Positions 17,656 to 26,644 of a stretch of 64,000 nucleotides of DNA are shown piece after piece (the first letter of the stretch is position 1; every line of letters begins with the position of its first letter). A program made the position numbers and the translations under genes. Below the pieces are notes generated by a model. It did not search any database. It saw only the letters and a program-made list of their open reading frames with translations, and was not told the DNA's origin. This DNA is from an uncultured delta proteobacterium (lineage in GTDB: Bacteria; Desulfobacterota; Binatia; Binatales; Binataceae): contig CAVWMQ010000001.1 of assembly GCA_963756155.1 (NCBI GenBank), positions 602,380 through 666,379 on the forward strand, in the 5' to 3' direction.

Positions 17656-19143
17656 TTACTTCTTTGCGGCGCATAGGTCTATGGTTAGGCCGTAGGTGGC
17701 TTTGATGCCGAGGTTCAGGTTGTCTACTGACAGGCGCTCGTCTACGCCGTGTATGCGGGTTAGATCGGTGGGGGCCAGGATTATTGGCACGAAGCCATAG
17801 GAGGGGACGCCCTTTTCGCGTAGGAAGCGCGAGTCGGTTCCGCCCGCGGTCATCCATGGGACTACCATGGTGTTTTTGAAGTCGCCAGCTACCACCCGCT
17901 CGATCGCATCCCAGGCCTCGCCGCTGGCCGGCGATGGCGATCCGATGTCGGGGCGCTGAATAAAGTCGATCGAGATGCGCGGATCGGCGAGCCGATCGCG
18001 GATCCATTCCAGGAACGCATTGGCGTCGGTGCCCGGAAGCAGGCGGCAGTCGATGCCCGCCTGCGCGGTGGACGGAATCACGTTCACCTTGTTGCCCGCG
18101 CTGAGGATGGTGGGCGAGATGGTGTCGCGCAGCAGCGCCTGCAGGAAGTAGGGCTTGAGGGGACCGCGCACCGCGGCGTCCATCACGATCGGCCAGTCGA
18201 GATGCGCCAGCTCGAAGGAGACCGGGAAGTCCTCGTTGGGTGCGATGACCTCCATCGCATTGGCCATCAGCGGCGTCAGTCGCATCGCCGGCTGCTCGGC
18301 CAGCAGCCGGTCGAGTGCGCGAATCAGGATCAGGTTGGGATTGTCGGGATTGGGCAGCGAGCCATGACCCGAATGGCCGTGCGCGGTGAGCGTGATCCAC
18401 ATCACGCGTTTTTCCGCGACCGCGACCGACATGCGGTCGCCCTTGCCGCCGAACGGATCGGGAGTGGCCGAGCCGCCCTCGTTCATCGCGAACGCCGGGT
18501 CGATGACGTCCCAATGATTTTGCACCATCCACTGTGCGCCGCCCTCGCCGCCGGCCTCTTCGTCGGGATTCACCATCATCTCGACGCCGCGGCGGAGCGC
18601 GATTCCATTGCGCTTCAAGGCGAGGAGCGTCATCAGCGCCATGATGCCGTGCGCCTTGTTGTCGATAGCGCCGCGGGCCCACACGTAACCGCCGTCGAGA
18701 TTGGCGCCGAACGGAGGATGGCTCCAGTTCGCGGCGACCGCGGGCACCACGTCCGCATGCGACATCAGCAGCAGCGGCTTGAGTCCCGGCGGCCCGGGCA
18801 GATGCGCGACCAGCGAGACCATCCCGGGTTTGCTCTCGAAGGTTTCGGCGGCGATCCCCTCGCGATCGAGGATGCCCTTGAGATACGCGATCGCGGCGCT
18901 GGTGTTGCTGGGCGGATTGGTGGTGTCAAAGCGCAGATAGGTTTGGAAGTAGCCGAGCGCTTCGGCGTCGAGCTTGTTCCAATCCGGCGATCCCGGGACG
19001 GCGGCTGTGGGAGCCGTCGCGGTGGATTGAGCTATCGCCGGAGGCGGATTCGCCGCGCAGAAAACCACGACGAAGGAAATTGCCGCGAGAAAAACCTCGG
19101 CGAAGAAAGTGCGACTTAACTGCCCGATTGTCCTGGTACGCAT
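17656..19143 (-). CDS. Exported M20/M25/M40 family metallopeptidase
   Basis: SHADVVPA, WARGAIDNK, DEEAGG, NEGG, GHGS, GGTDSRF, HGVDE; N-terminal signal peptide. Confidence 0.92.
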   Translation of the reverse strand: MRTRTIGQLSRTFFAEVFLAAISFVVVFCAANPPPAIAQSTATAPTAAVPGSPDWNKLDAEALGYFQTYLRFDTTNPPSNTSAAIAYLKGILDREGIAAETFESKPGMVSLVAHLPGPPGLKPLLLMSHADVVPAVAANWSHPPFGANLDGGYVWARGAIDNKAHGIMALMTLLALKRNGIALRRGVEMMVNPDEEAGGEGGAQWMVQNHWDVIDPAFAMNEGGSATPDPFGGKGDRMSVAVAEKRVMWITLTAHGHSGHGSLPNPDNPNLILIRALDRLLAEQPAMRLTPLMANAMEVIAPNEDFPVSFELAHLDWPIVMDAAVRGPLKPYFLQALLRDTISPTILSAGNKVNVIPSTAQAGIDCRLLPGTDANAFLEWIRDRLADPRISIDFIQRPDIGSPSPASGEAWDAIERVVAGDFKNTMVVPWMTAGGTDSRFLREKGVPSYGFVPIILAPTDLTRIHGVDERLSVDNLNLGIKATYGLTIDLCAAKK

Positions 19144-19202
19144 GCGATCCGATCCCTCTCCTGGCTCGCGCGCCGCCTTTCAGCCTGCTGCCACGATCGC
19201 TT

Positions 19203-20039
19203 CTACTTCTGGCAGGTGGGGCAGTAGAAGCTCGCGCGCTGGCCCAGGGTCACGTTCCTGATCGGCGTCGAGCACGTGTAGCACGGTTTTCCCTCACGGC
19301 CATACACGCGCAGGCGGCGTGAGAATTCGCCCGGGCGTCCGCTGGAGTCGCGATAGCTGCGAAAGGTGGTGCCGCGGCTGCCGATCGCGGCGCGCAGGAT
19401 GACGCGGGTCGCGTCGGCGATTCGCGCAAGCTCCGCGCGGCTCACGCGGCCGGCGCGCCGCGTCGGCCGGACGCTGGCGCGGAACAAAATCTCAGCGGCG
19501 TAGATATTGCCGATGCCGGCGACGATCCGCTGGTCCATCAGCAGGTTTTTGATCGCGACGCGGCGCCCGCGCGACTTGTCGGCCAGGTAAGCCGCATTGA
19601 AATCGCGCGAGAGCGGCTCGGGGCCGAGGCCCTTCAGCTCCGCGGTGGTGGAGAGATCGGCGCGCGCGATCAGGCGCACGATTCCGAAGCGGCGCGGATC
19701 GTTGAACACCAGGCGGCTGCCGTCGTCGAGCGCGAATTCGATATGGTCGTGGCGCGGATCGAAGTCCCCGGCGGCGGCGAAGCCGTCGCTGCGATGAGTC
19801 AGGCTGCCGCTCATCCCCAGATGCACCAGCATCACGTGCGGGCCGTCGAACTCGACGATCAGGTACTTGGCGCGGCGCGAGATCGCGTCGATGCGCCGGC
19901 CCATCACGGCGGCGGCGAAGTTGGCGGTGACGCGGCGGCGCAGCGGAAGGCGTCCGATGCGGGCGCTGGCGACGGTGCGGCCAACGGCCGAGCGCATCAG
20001 GATTCTGCGCAGCGACTCGACTTCCGGCAACTCAGGCAT
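19203..20039 (-). CDS. mutM: Formamidopyrimidine-DNA glycosylase
   Basis: MPELPEVE, HLGMSG, DPRRFG, GIGNIYA.E, C-terminal CxxC..CxxC zinc finger. Confidence 0.97.
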   Translation of the reverse strand: MPELPEVESLRRILMRSAVGRTVASARIGRLPLRRRVTANFAAAVMGRRIDAISRRAKYLIVEFDGPHVMLVHLGMSGSLTHRSDGFAAAGDFDPRHDHIEFALDDGSRLVFNDPRRFGIVRLIARADLSTTAELKGLGPEPLSRDFNAAYLADKSRGRRVAIKNLLMDQRIVAGIGNIYAAEILFRASVRPTRRAGRVSRAELARIADATRVILRAAIGSRGTTFRSYRDSSGRPGEFSRRLRVYGREGKPCYTCSTPIRNVTLGQRASFYCPTCQK

Positions 20040-20928
20040 CGCGGGAACCCGGGCGCGGCGTCTCGAAGGCGTCGCGCGGCAGCGCGCGCGACAGGCGCAC
20101 GAGGTCGGCAGCGGCAAGCGTCTCGGCACGAACCGCGGGAGAGATCGCCGCGCGCTCGAGGGCGGCGACGGCCTCGGCCGCGGGCAGGCCGAGTGCGTGG
20201 CTGAGCGCGTTGCGAATCGTTTTGCGCGGAGCGGAGAACGAAGCGCGGATAGTCTCGAGCACGCGCCGTTCCTCGGCAGGTTCGAACGGAAGCGCGCCGA
20301 GCGGCGTGAAGACCAGAACTTCCGCATCGACCTTGGGGCGAGGATGGAAGCTTCCCGCGGCGACGCGGAAGTGCGAATCGATTTTCCAGTACAGCGCGGT
20401 ATAGACGCTGAGCGCGGAGTACGCGGCGTCGCCGGGACGCGCGCGGATGCGCTCGGCGACCTCGCGCTGAAACATCAGGACCATGCGCTCGATCATGCGC
20501 GAGTGCGCGCAGAGTTTTCTCAGGATCGCGGCGGCGGCATTGAAGGGAAGGTTGCCGGCGAGCTTGATGGGCGAGCGTTCGATCGCGGCGGCGAGATCGA
20601 TTTCGAGAAAGTCGGCGTGCAGGACGCGGACGCGCGGATCGCCGCCGAAGCGCTCCTGGAGCGGAGCGGCGAGGCGCGCGTCGAGCTCGATCAGGTTCAG
20701 GCGGCGGATCGGATGAGCCGCGATCCGCTCGGTGAGGACGGCCAGTCCGGGGCCGATCTCGACGACTTCGTCGCCGGCCTCGAGCGCGGCGGCGGCGACG
20801 ATTCGATCGGCGACCGCCGAGCTGGTGAGAAAGTTCTGCCCGCGCGATTTACTCGGCCGCACGCCGGCTGCGGAGAGCGCGGCGGCGGTGCGCGGCGCGG
20901 CAGGGGCGGATTTTCGCGCGAGTCTCAC
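20032..20928 (-). CDS. rsmA: 16S rRNA dimethyladenosine transferase
   Basis: GQNFL, EIGPG, GNLPFN, MFQREVAERI, FHPRPKVD. Confidence 0.95.
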   Translation of the reverse strand: MRLARKSAPAAPRTAAALSAAGVRPSKSRGQNFLTSSAVADRIVAAAALEAGDEVVEIGPGLAVLTERIAAHPIRRLNLIELDARLAAPLQERFGGDPRVRVLHADFLEIDLAAAIERSPIKLAGNLPFNAAAAILRKLCAHSRMIERMVLMFQREVAERIRARPGDAAYSALSVYTALYWKIDSHFRVAAGSFHPRPKVDAEVLVFTPLGALPFEPAEERRVLETIRASFSAPRKTIRNALSHALGLPAAEAVAALERAAISPAVRAETLAAADLVRLSRALPRDAFETPRPGSRDA

Positions 20929-20999
20929 GGTATCGAATTTGTAGCAGGAATCCCGCGAGTCTGCCCGCGAAGCCTACGCGGCGATGCCCACGCTATTTC

Positions 21000-22016
21000 C
21001 TACTGGCTGGGCTCCAATCCACCGAAAAACGATTGGTAGAAAAGAAACCATAGCGTCATCAGCAGCGTGCCGATTCCGACCGAGAACGGGTAAGCGATGG
21101 TCGGGGACTGCATCACGAATGGAAGCAGAGCGACGGCAAGCGCCGGCGGCACGTGCAGATCGAAAATGCGCAGCACCACGACTCCGCCCGCCATGCTGCA
21201 CGCGACGGCGGCCGGTCCGACGCCGAGCAATTTCCAGAAGAGCAGTCCCGTCGCGGCGGTCAGCAGGCAGGCGACCGGCAAAATCAAGGGCCGCTTCGCC
21301 CACGGACAGATCGCGGTATGGCCGAACATCTCGAAGCCGATGACGACCAGCGGGGGGAACAGCAGGAAGCGCAGGCCGGTGAGTTTAACGGCGGCGACGG
21401 CCGCGGCCACGAAGAGCATCAGCGGGATCAGCCAATAGGAGCCTTGGGGAGTCTGTTCGATCGCTTCGTCGACCACCTCCATCGAGCCGAGCGGCTCCAG
21501 CCAGTTTTGCGCGACACTGAGCTTTCTCCACAGGACGGAAAGCACCGCGAGGATCACCGTGCCGAGCAGGATGCCCGGCGGATACCACCAGCTCTTCACG
21601 CCGAGCACCAGGGGCAGGAGACCGGCCGAGATCGCGGGCGCGATCGATGACTTGAGCGCCAGTATCACGGCGACCGCGCCGCCCACCGTCAGCAGCACCG
21701 AGAGAAATCCATACGGGAGGGCGCGCGTGAAGATGATGCCGATGACGCCGGTGAGGACCGGGGTGATCGCGAGAAGAATCGGCGCGCCCGCCCAGGTGCC
21801 GCGAGGGCGCGTGAAGACATCGTGAGAAAGCGCGCCGAGCTCGGGAAACAATATGTAAGGGGCGCCGGCTGCGTATGCGATCTCGGCGATCAGCGCGATG
21901 TAGACGATTGCGATCAGTTCGGCAGCAAGCCGGTGCCAGTCGCCGAGGCCCGTCGCGGCATCGCGCCAATGCGTCCGAGCAGGCCCGGAGTCGGACGGCG
22001 GAACCAGGGGTTTCAT
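21000..22016 (-). CDS. HPP-like family membrane protein with internal duplication
   Basis: ILFPELGAL...APAISAGLLP and LLFPPLVVI...HVPPALAVALLP halves; own ATG at 22016; fused to tsaD in the ORF track only because of a frameshift. Confidence 0.7.
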   Translation of the reverse strand: MKPLVPPSDSGPARTHWRDAATGLGDWHRLAAELIAIVYIALIAEIAYAAGAPYILFPELGALSHDVFTRPRGTWAGAPILLAITPVLTGVIGIIFTRALPYGFLSVLLTVGGAVAVILALKSSIAPAISAGLLPLVLGVKSWWYPPGILLGTVILAVLSVLWRKLSVAQNWLEPLGSMEVVDEAIEQTPQGSYWLIPLMLFVAAAVAAVKLTGLRFLLFPPLVVIGFEMFGHTAICPWAKRPLILPVACLLTAATGLLFWKLLGVGPAAVACSMAGGVVVLRIFDLHVPPALAVALLPFVMQSPTIAYPFSVGIGTLLMTLWFLFYQSFFGGLEPSQ

Positions 22017-22045
22017 CAGCTCCGCTATCGTTAAAAGCGCTTGGG

Positions 22046-23123
22046 CTAGAGGGGCAGGCTTGCGGCGGCGTCGATGGAGAGATCGTCGCGCTCGCCGCGC
22101 AACAGGCGATAGCTCCCCGCCAATGCGATCATCGCGGCGTTGTCGGTGCAGTACTTGAGCGAGGGCGCGACGAGCGCGCGGCCGTCGGCGGCGAGCAGCT
22201 TCGGCCAGGCGCTCGCGAAGTCGCGAGTTCGCGGCGACGCCGCCGGTGAGCACGACGGTGTCGGCGGCGAGCTCGCGAGCGGCGGCGATCGTGGGCGCGA
22301 GCAGCATGTCGACTACGGCTTCCTGGAAGCTGGCGGCGAGATCTTCGACGGTCAGGTCTTGCGCCAGATCATTGATCGGAAGATTTCGGGCCGCGAAATT
22401 GTTGGGCGCGGGATGCGCGGGTCGCAGCGGGGCGCCGCCGCGCTCCGCGAGCATCGTGGCCATCGCGGTCTTGACTCCGCTGAAACTGAAATCCAGCGGT
22501 GCGCCTCTGACGTGCGCGCGCGGAATTTTCACCCGCTTGCGATTACCCTGCTTCGAGAGGTCGTCGATGACCTTGCCGCCCGGATAACCGAGGCCCATCA
22601 GCTTCGCGACCTTGTCGAATGCCTCGCCGGCAGCGTCGTCGCGCGTCTGGCCGAGGCGGCGATAGCGCCCGAAGTTCTCGACGGCGAACAGGGCGGTGTG
22701 CCCGCCGGATACGACGAGCGCGAGATAGGGGAAGGCGACGCGATGCTCGAGCATCGGGGCGAGCAGATGTCCTTCGATATGATTGACGCCGACCATCGGT
22801 AGGCCGACGCTCTGCGCGAGGCCCTTCGCGCACATCAGGCCGACCAGCAGGCTGCCGACCAGGCCGGGCCCGCGCGTCACCGCGATGCCCTCGATGTCGG
22901 CAAGGCGGCATCCGGCGGCGCCGAGCGCGCGCTCGATCACGGGCAGAATCGTGACGACGTGATTGCGCGAGGCGAGCTCGGGAACGATTCCACCGTAGGC
23001 GCGATGGATGTCGTCCTGGTTGGCGACGGTGCTCGAGCGAATCGTGGCGCTCCCGGCGGTGGCGGTTTCGATCACCGCGGCCGCGGCGTCATCGCAAGAC
23101 GATTCGATTCCCAGGATCAGCAT
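22046..23123 (-). CDS. tsaD: t6A tRNA modification protein TsaD; one extra base near 22194, probably a sequence error
   Basis: LGIESSCDD, YGGIVPELASRNH, GPGLVGSL, HIEGH, DDAAGEAFDK; conserved YCTDNAAMIA continues in the shifted frame to TAG at 22046. Confidence 0.92.
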
Positions 23124-23198
23124 AGGAGCAGCGTCGGATAGTGATACTAGCCGCGAGGCCGCGCCGAGAGAATCGGCCTCGATAGTCAGTCGTTAGAG

Positions 23199-24164
23199 TC
23201 AGTCGGTTGGCGGCGGTTCGGATGGGGGTGGTGGAGGGGGCGGAGGTTCGTTGGGGGGCGGTTCGGGAGGCTCGATTTTAGGCGCGGCTTGATCGAGTGT
23301 TGTGCCGGGGTTCTGCGCTTCGGGCGCTTGATTACCCGGTGCCAGGCGCGTGTAGCCGACTCGCGCGGTCAGGTTGCCAGGGTTCGCCGCGAGCGCTTGT
23401 TGATAGAGCGCCTGGGCCGCCAGCAGCCGATCTGATTGCTCGTAGATGAGACCCTCGTACGCCAGCGTCTCGGAAAGCCACTGCCGGTTGCCGCCGAAGC
23501 CCGACTCGGCGCGCTTGAAGAAATTCATCGCCTGCTGGTCGTTCTTTTTCACCATGTAGGCGCGCGCCAGGAAGAAGTATGCGTAGCCGGCGGACGGATC
23601 GATCGAGACCGCGCGCGCCAGATCGCGAATCGCGTCGTCGGCATCGCCCTTGGATATTTCGACGCGCGCGTCCTCGGTGATGCGCAGCGAGGTGGCAAGC
23701 GCGGGCGTCACCGCCGAGTTGATCAGCGGCTGCAGCGAGGACTCGCTCAAGTTCGCGGTCGGAGTGATCGAGCCAATTTCCAGCGGCGCGATATCGCCGG
23801 TGGGAGTCGGTTGCGGGGTCGGCTCGGAAAATCCTTGCGCGGTGGTCGGAGATCCTTCCGGATTCTGCGCCGGATTTTCGGCTGGAGTCTCGGCGGCTCC
23901 AGGGGTCATCGCTTCACCTGGCGGAACCTGTTCATACGATGCGCCCGGCGCCTCCGTCCCGGGCTCGCCCTCGGCGCCCGCGGGAGTCGGAGTAGCGGTG
24001 GGCGAGGGCAGGTCGGCGGCGGGAATCGATTCTTCCTCTAGAGCGAGGACGACGCGATCGGCGGGGTGGTCGGCGCGATCGAACTGATCAGTCTGCTCGC
24101 GCGCCGCTGCGATCGGCGGCCGCGCAATCAGCACTGCCAACAGCAAGCTGATCGCGGTCAGCAA
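23199..24164 (-). CDS. Exported tetratricopeptide-repeat protein with Pro-rich flanks
   Basis: Signal peptide; AIRDLARAVSIDP..YAYFFLARAY TPR pattern; downstream of PBP1B. Confidence 0.75.
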   Translation of the reverse strand: MLTAISLLLAVLIARPPIAAAREQTDQFDRADHPADRVVLALEEESIPAADLPSPTATPTPAGAEGEPGTEAPGASYEQVPPGEAMTPGAAETPAENPAQNPEGSPTTAQGFSEPTPQPTPTGDIAPLEIGSITPTANLSESSLQPLINSAVTPALATSLRITEDARVEISKGDADDAIRDLARAVSIDPSAGYAYFFLARAYMVKKNDQQAMNFFKRAESGFGGNRQWLSETLAYEGLIYEQSDRLLAAQALYQQALAANPGNLTARVGYTRLAPGNQAPEAQNPGTTLDQAAPKIEPPEPPPNEPPPPPPPPSEPPPTD

Positions 24165-24186
24165 AGGGCCGGCTCGATGAACTCGA

Positions 24187-26556
24187 TCAATCGTTGGGAT
24201 CGCTCGCGGAATCGGGAGCCTCGGGAATCGCGTGATCGGCGGAAGAAAGCGAGGTGGGCGACGTGTGAATCGGGCATACTTGCGTCGGTTCCATCCCCAG
24301 AGGAAATACTCCCTCCATCGTGAGCGGGCAAAACGGTCCCGCCTTGTAGCCGGTCAGCGGATCGATTTTTTCTTCGGCGATTCCCTGCGGCATCGGGAAG
24401 TCGAGCACCGGACGCGATGCGGTTGCGGACTTCATGAAGTGGGTCCAGGCAGGAAGCGATCCTTGCGCGCCAGTCAGGCCGAGCACTTCCTTCTGATCGA
24501 AGCCGGTCCATACGACGGCGAGCAAGTCGGGTGTGAAGCCCGCGAACCAGGCGTCCTTGGAGTCGTTGGTGGTGCCGGTCTTGCCCGCCGCGGGCCGCTT
24601 GAAACCCATCGTGCGCGCGCCAGCGCCGGTGCCGTGATTGATCACCTGCTGGAGCATGAACTGGAGCATGTAGGCGAGCTGCGGCGAGATGACCTGTTCG
24701 GCCTTCAGTTCGTGGCCTTCGATCTGGTGGTTGTTCTCGTCGACCACCGCGGTGACCGCGTAGGGCTGCACCTCGAGGCCGTCGTCGGCGATGATCGAGT
24801 AGGCGCGCGCGACCTGCATCGGGGAGACCTCGATTCCGCCGAGCACGATCGATGGGTAGGGCGGAAGATCGCCGAAGCCGAGCTTGGCGGCCATCGCGCG
24901 AATGCGATCGAGGCCGACGGCGTTGGCCAGGCGCGCGGTCGCCGAGTTGAGCGATTCCTCGAGCGCGAACTCGAGAGTCACGCGGCCGAAGAAACGATCC
25001 TTGTAGTTCTTCGGCGTCCAGCTCATGTTGTCGGCGTAATTCCAGGTGAATGGCGCGTCCTCGATATACGTCGAGGGCAGGAATTTGTCGGGGCCGCCGG
25101 TCAGCGTTTCATCGAGCGCCGCCAGGTAGGTGACCGGCTTGAACACCGAGCCGGGCTGGCGCTTGGACTGCGTGATGCGATCGAGCTGGCTGGTGCGATA
25201 GTCGCGTCCGCCGGTCATCGCGCGGATCTTGCCGCTTTGCGGCTCCAGCGCGATCAGGCAGGACTCGAGGCGCTCGTGCTCCTCGCGGCGGCGCAGCTTG
25301 GGATGCTTGGCCTCGAGGTCGGCGAGATTAATCGCGATCGCCTTCTCGGAGAGCTTCTGCATGTGCACGTCGAGGGTGGTGAAAATCCGCAGGCCCTCGC
25401 CGGACAGCACCGACGCCGGGTAGCGCTCGGCCAGCTCCCGTTTCACGTAGTCGACGAAGAACGGCGCGTCGTTGTTCTCGGTGTAGACCTCGCGCGCGCG
25501 CAGCGGCTCGGCGACCGCCTGATCGTACGCCGCCTTGGTGATGTAGCCGTCCTCGAGCATCGAGGCGAGCACTTCGTCGCGGCGCTGGCGGGCGAGGTCT
25601 GGATGACGCAGCGGGTTTAGCCGATTGGGCGAGCTGATCATGCCCGCGATAGTCGCCATCTCACCGATGGTTAGATCGCGCGGCTCCTTGGAGAAGTAAT
25701 ACTGCGAGGCTTCCCACACCCCGTAGATACCCTCCTGCCCGCGCCGTCCGAGATAGATGTCGTTGATGTAGTTCTCGAGGATCTCGTCCTTGGAGTAGCG
25801 CTGCTCCGCGATGTACGCCATCAGAGCTTCTTTCATTTTGCGTGAGTAGCTGCGCTCGCTGGTGAGGAAGAAGTTCTTCATCAATTGCTGAGTCAGCGTC
25901 GAGCCGCCCTGGCGTACGGTATGCGCGGTCAGATCAATCCATCCCGCCTTGATGATGCGCACCGGGTCGATGCCGTGATGCTCGTAGAAGCGATGATCCT
26001 CGGCGGCCAGGATGGCGTCGATGAAAGCGGGCGGGATCTGGCTCAGGCGCACCAGGCGGCGCTGCTGCCAGTCGCCCTCGAAGATGCCGCTGATCAGCTC
26101 GGGCTCGAGCTCGAAGGAGTAGATCGCTTTGCGAGTGACGGGATCACTCATCGACGAAATCGTTTCGCCGTTCAGCGCGATCTCGATCAGCTCGCCGCCG
26201 AAGTCGCGATACGAGTAGGTGAAGTTGTGGAGAAAGAGGTCCAGCTTGCCCGACTTGTAGTCGTAGCTGAACTCGCCGCGGGTGGTGACTTTGCCCGGAT
26301 CAACACGGTGATAGTTGAGCCGCGCCAGGCGCTCGAAGAAGCCTAGATCCTGGAGGTTCTGGCCCGGGTAGATGACACAGGAGTCGGAGTAGATGCGCGA
26401 GGGGATGTTCCAGCGGCGGCCGGAAAAGCGCGCGACCACTTCGGCCTCGAGGCCGTGATAGTAGCTCGAGAAATAGTAAAGCGCCGGTGGGATCGTGAAC
26501 AGCGCGGCCGCGCCTACGCATATCAGCGCGATCTTGAGGACTCGTTTCAGCGACAT
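24187..26556 (-). CDS. mrcB: Class A penicillin-binding protein (PBP1B-like)
   Basis: UB2H-like insert, EDHRFYEHHG, GGSTLTQQL, RK..E, SVFK, SLN, KTGT. Confidence 0.93.
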   Translation of the reverse strand: MSLKRVLKIALICVGAAALFTIPPALYYFSSYYHGLEAEVVARFSGRRWNIPSRIYSDSCVIYPGQNLQDLGFFERLARLNYHRVDPGKVTTRGEFSYDYKSGKLDLFLHNFTYSYRDFGGELIEIALNGETISSMSDPVTRKAIYSFELEPELISGIFEGDWQQRRLVRLSQIPPAFIDAILAAEDHRFYEHHGIDPVRIIKAGWIDLTAHTVRQGGSTLTQQLMKNFFLTSERSYSRKMKEALMAYIAEQRYSKDEILENYINDIYLGRRGQEGIYGVWEASQYYFSKEPRDLTIGEMATIAGMISSPNRLNPLRHPDLARQRRDEVLASMLEDGYITKAAYDQAVAEPLRAREVYTENNDAPFFVDYVKRELAERYPASVLSGEGLRIFTTLDVHMQKLSEKAIAINLADLEAKHPKLRRREEHERLESCLIALEPQSGKIRAMTGGRDYRTSQLDRITQSKRQPGSVFKPVTYLAALDETLTGGPDKFLPSTYIEDAPFTWNYADNMSWTPKNYKDRFFGRVTLEFALEESLNSATARLANAVGLDRIRAMAAKLGFGDLPPYPSIVLGGIEVSPMQVARAYSIIADDGLEVQPYAVTAVVDENNHQIEGHELKAEQVISPQLAYMLQFMLQQVINHGTGAGARTMGFKRPAAGKTGTTNDSKDAWFAGFTPDLLAVVWTGFDQKEVLGLTGAQGSLPAWTHFMKSATASRPVLDFPMPQGIAEEKIDPLTGYKAGPFCPLTMEGVFPLGMEPTQVCPIHTSPTSLSSADHAIPEAPDSASDPND

Positions 26557-26644
26557 CGTCGGCTACACGAAGATGATGCGAAGGACTCTGCCGATGCGCA
26601 CGATCACAATCACGATGATCGGCGATCGGCGGTGCGGAGGCCGC

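Noticed and set aside
21000-23123. Genuine 707-aa TsaD-HPP fusion
   Set aside because: The junction peptide is out-of-frame sequence; the conserved TsaD C-terminus lies in another frame with its own stop
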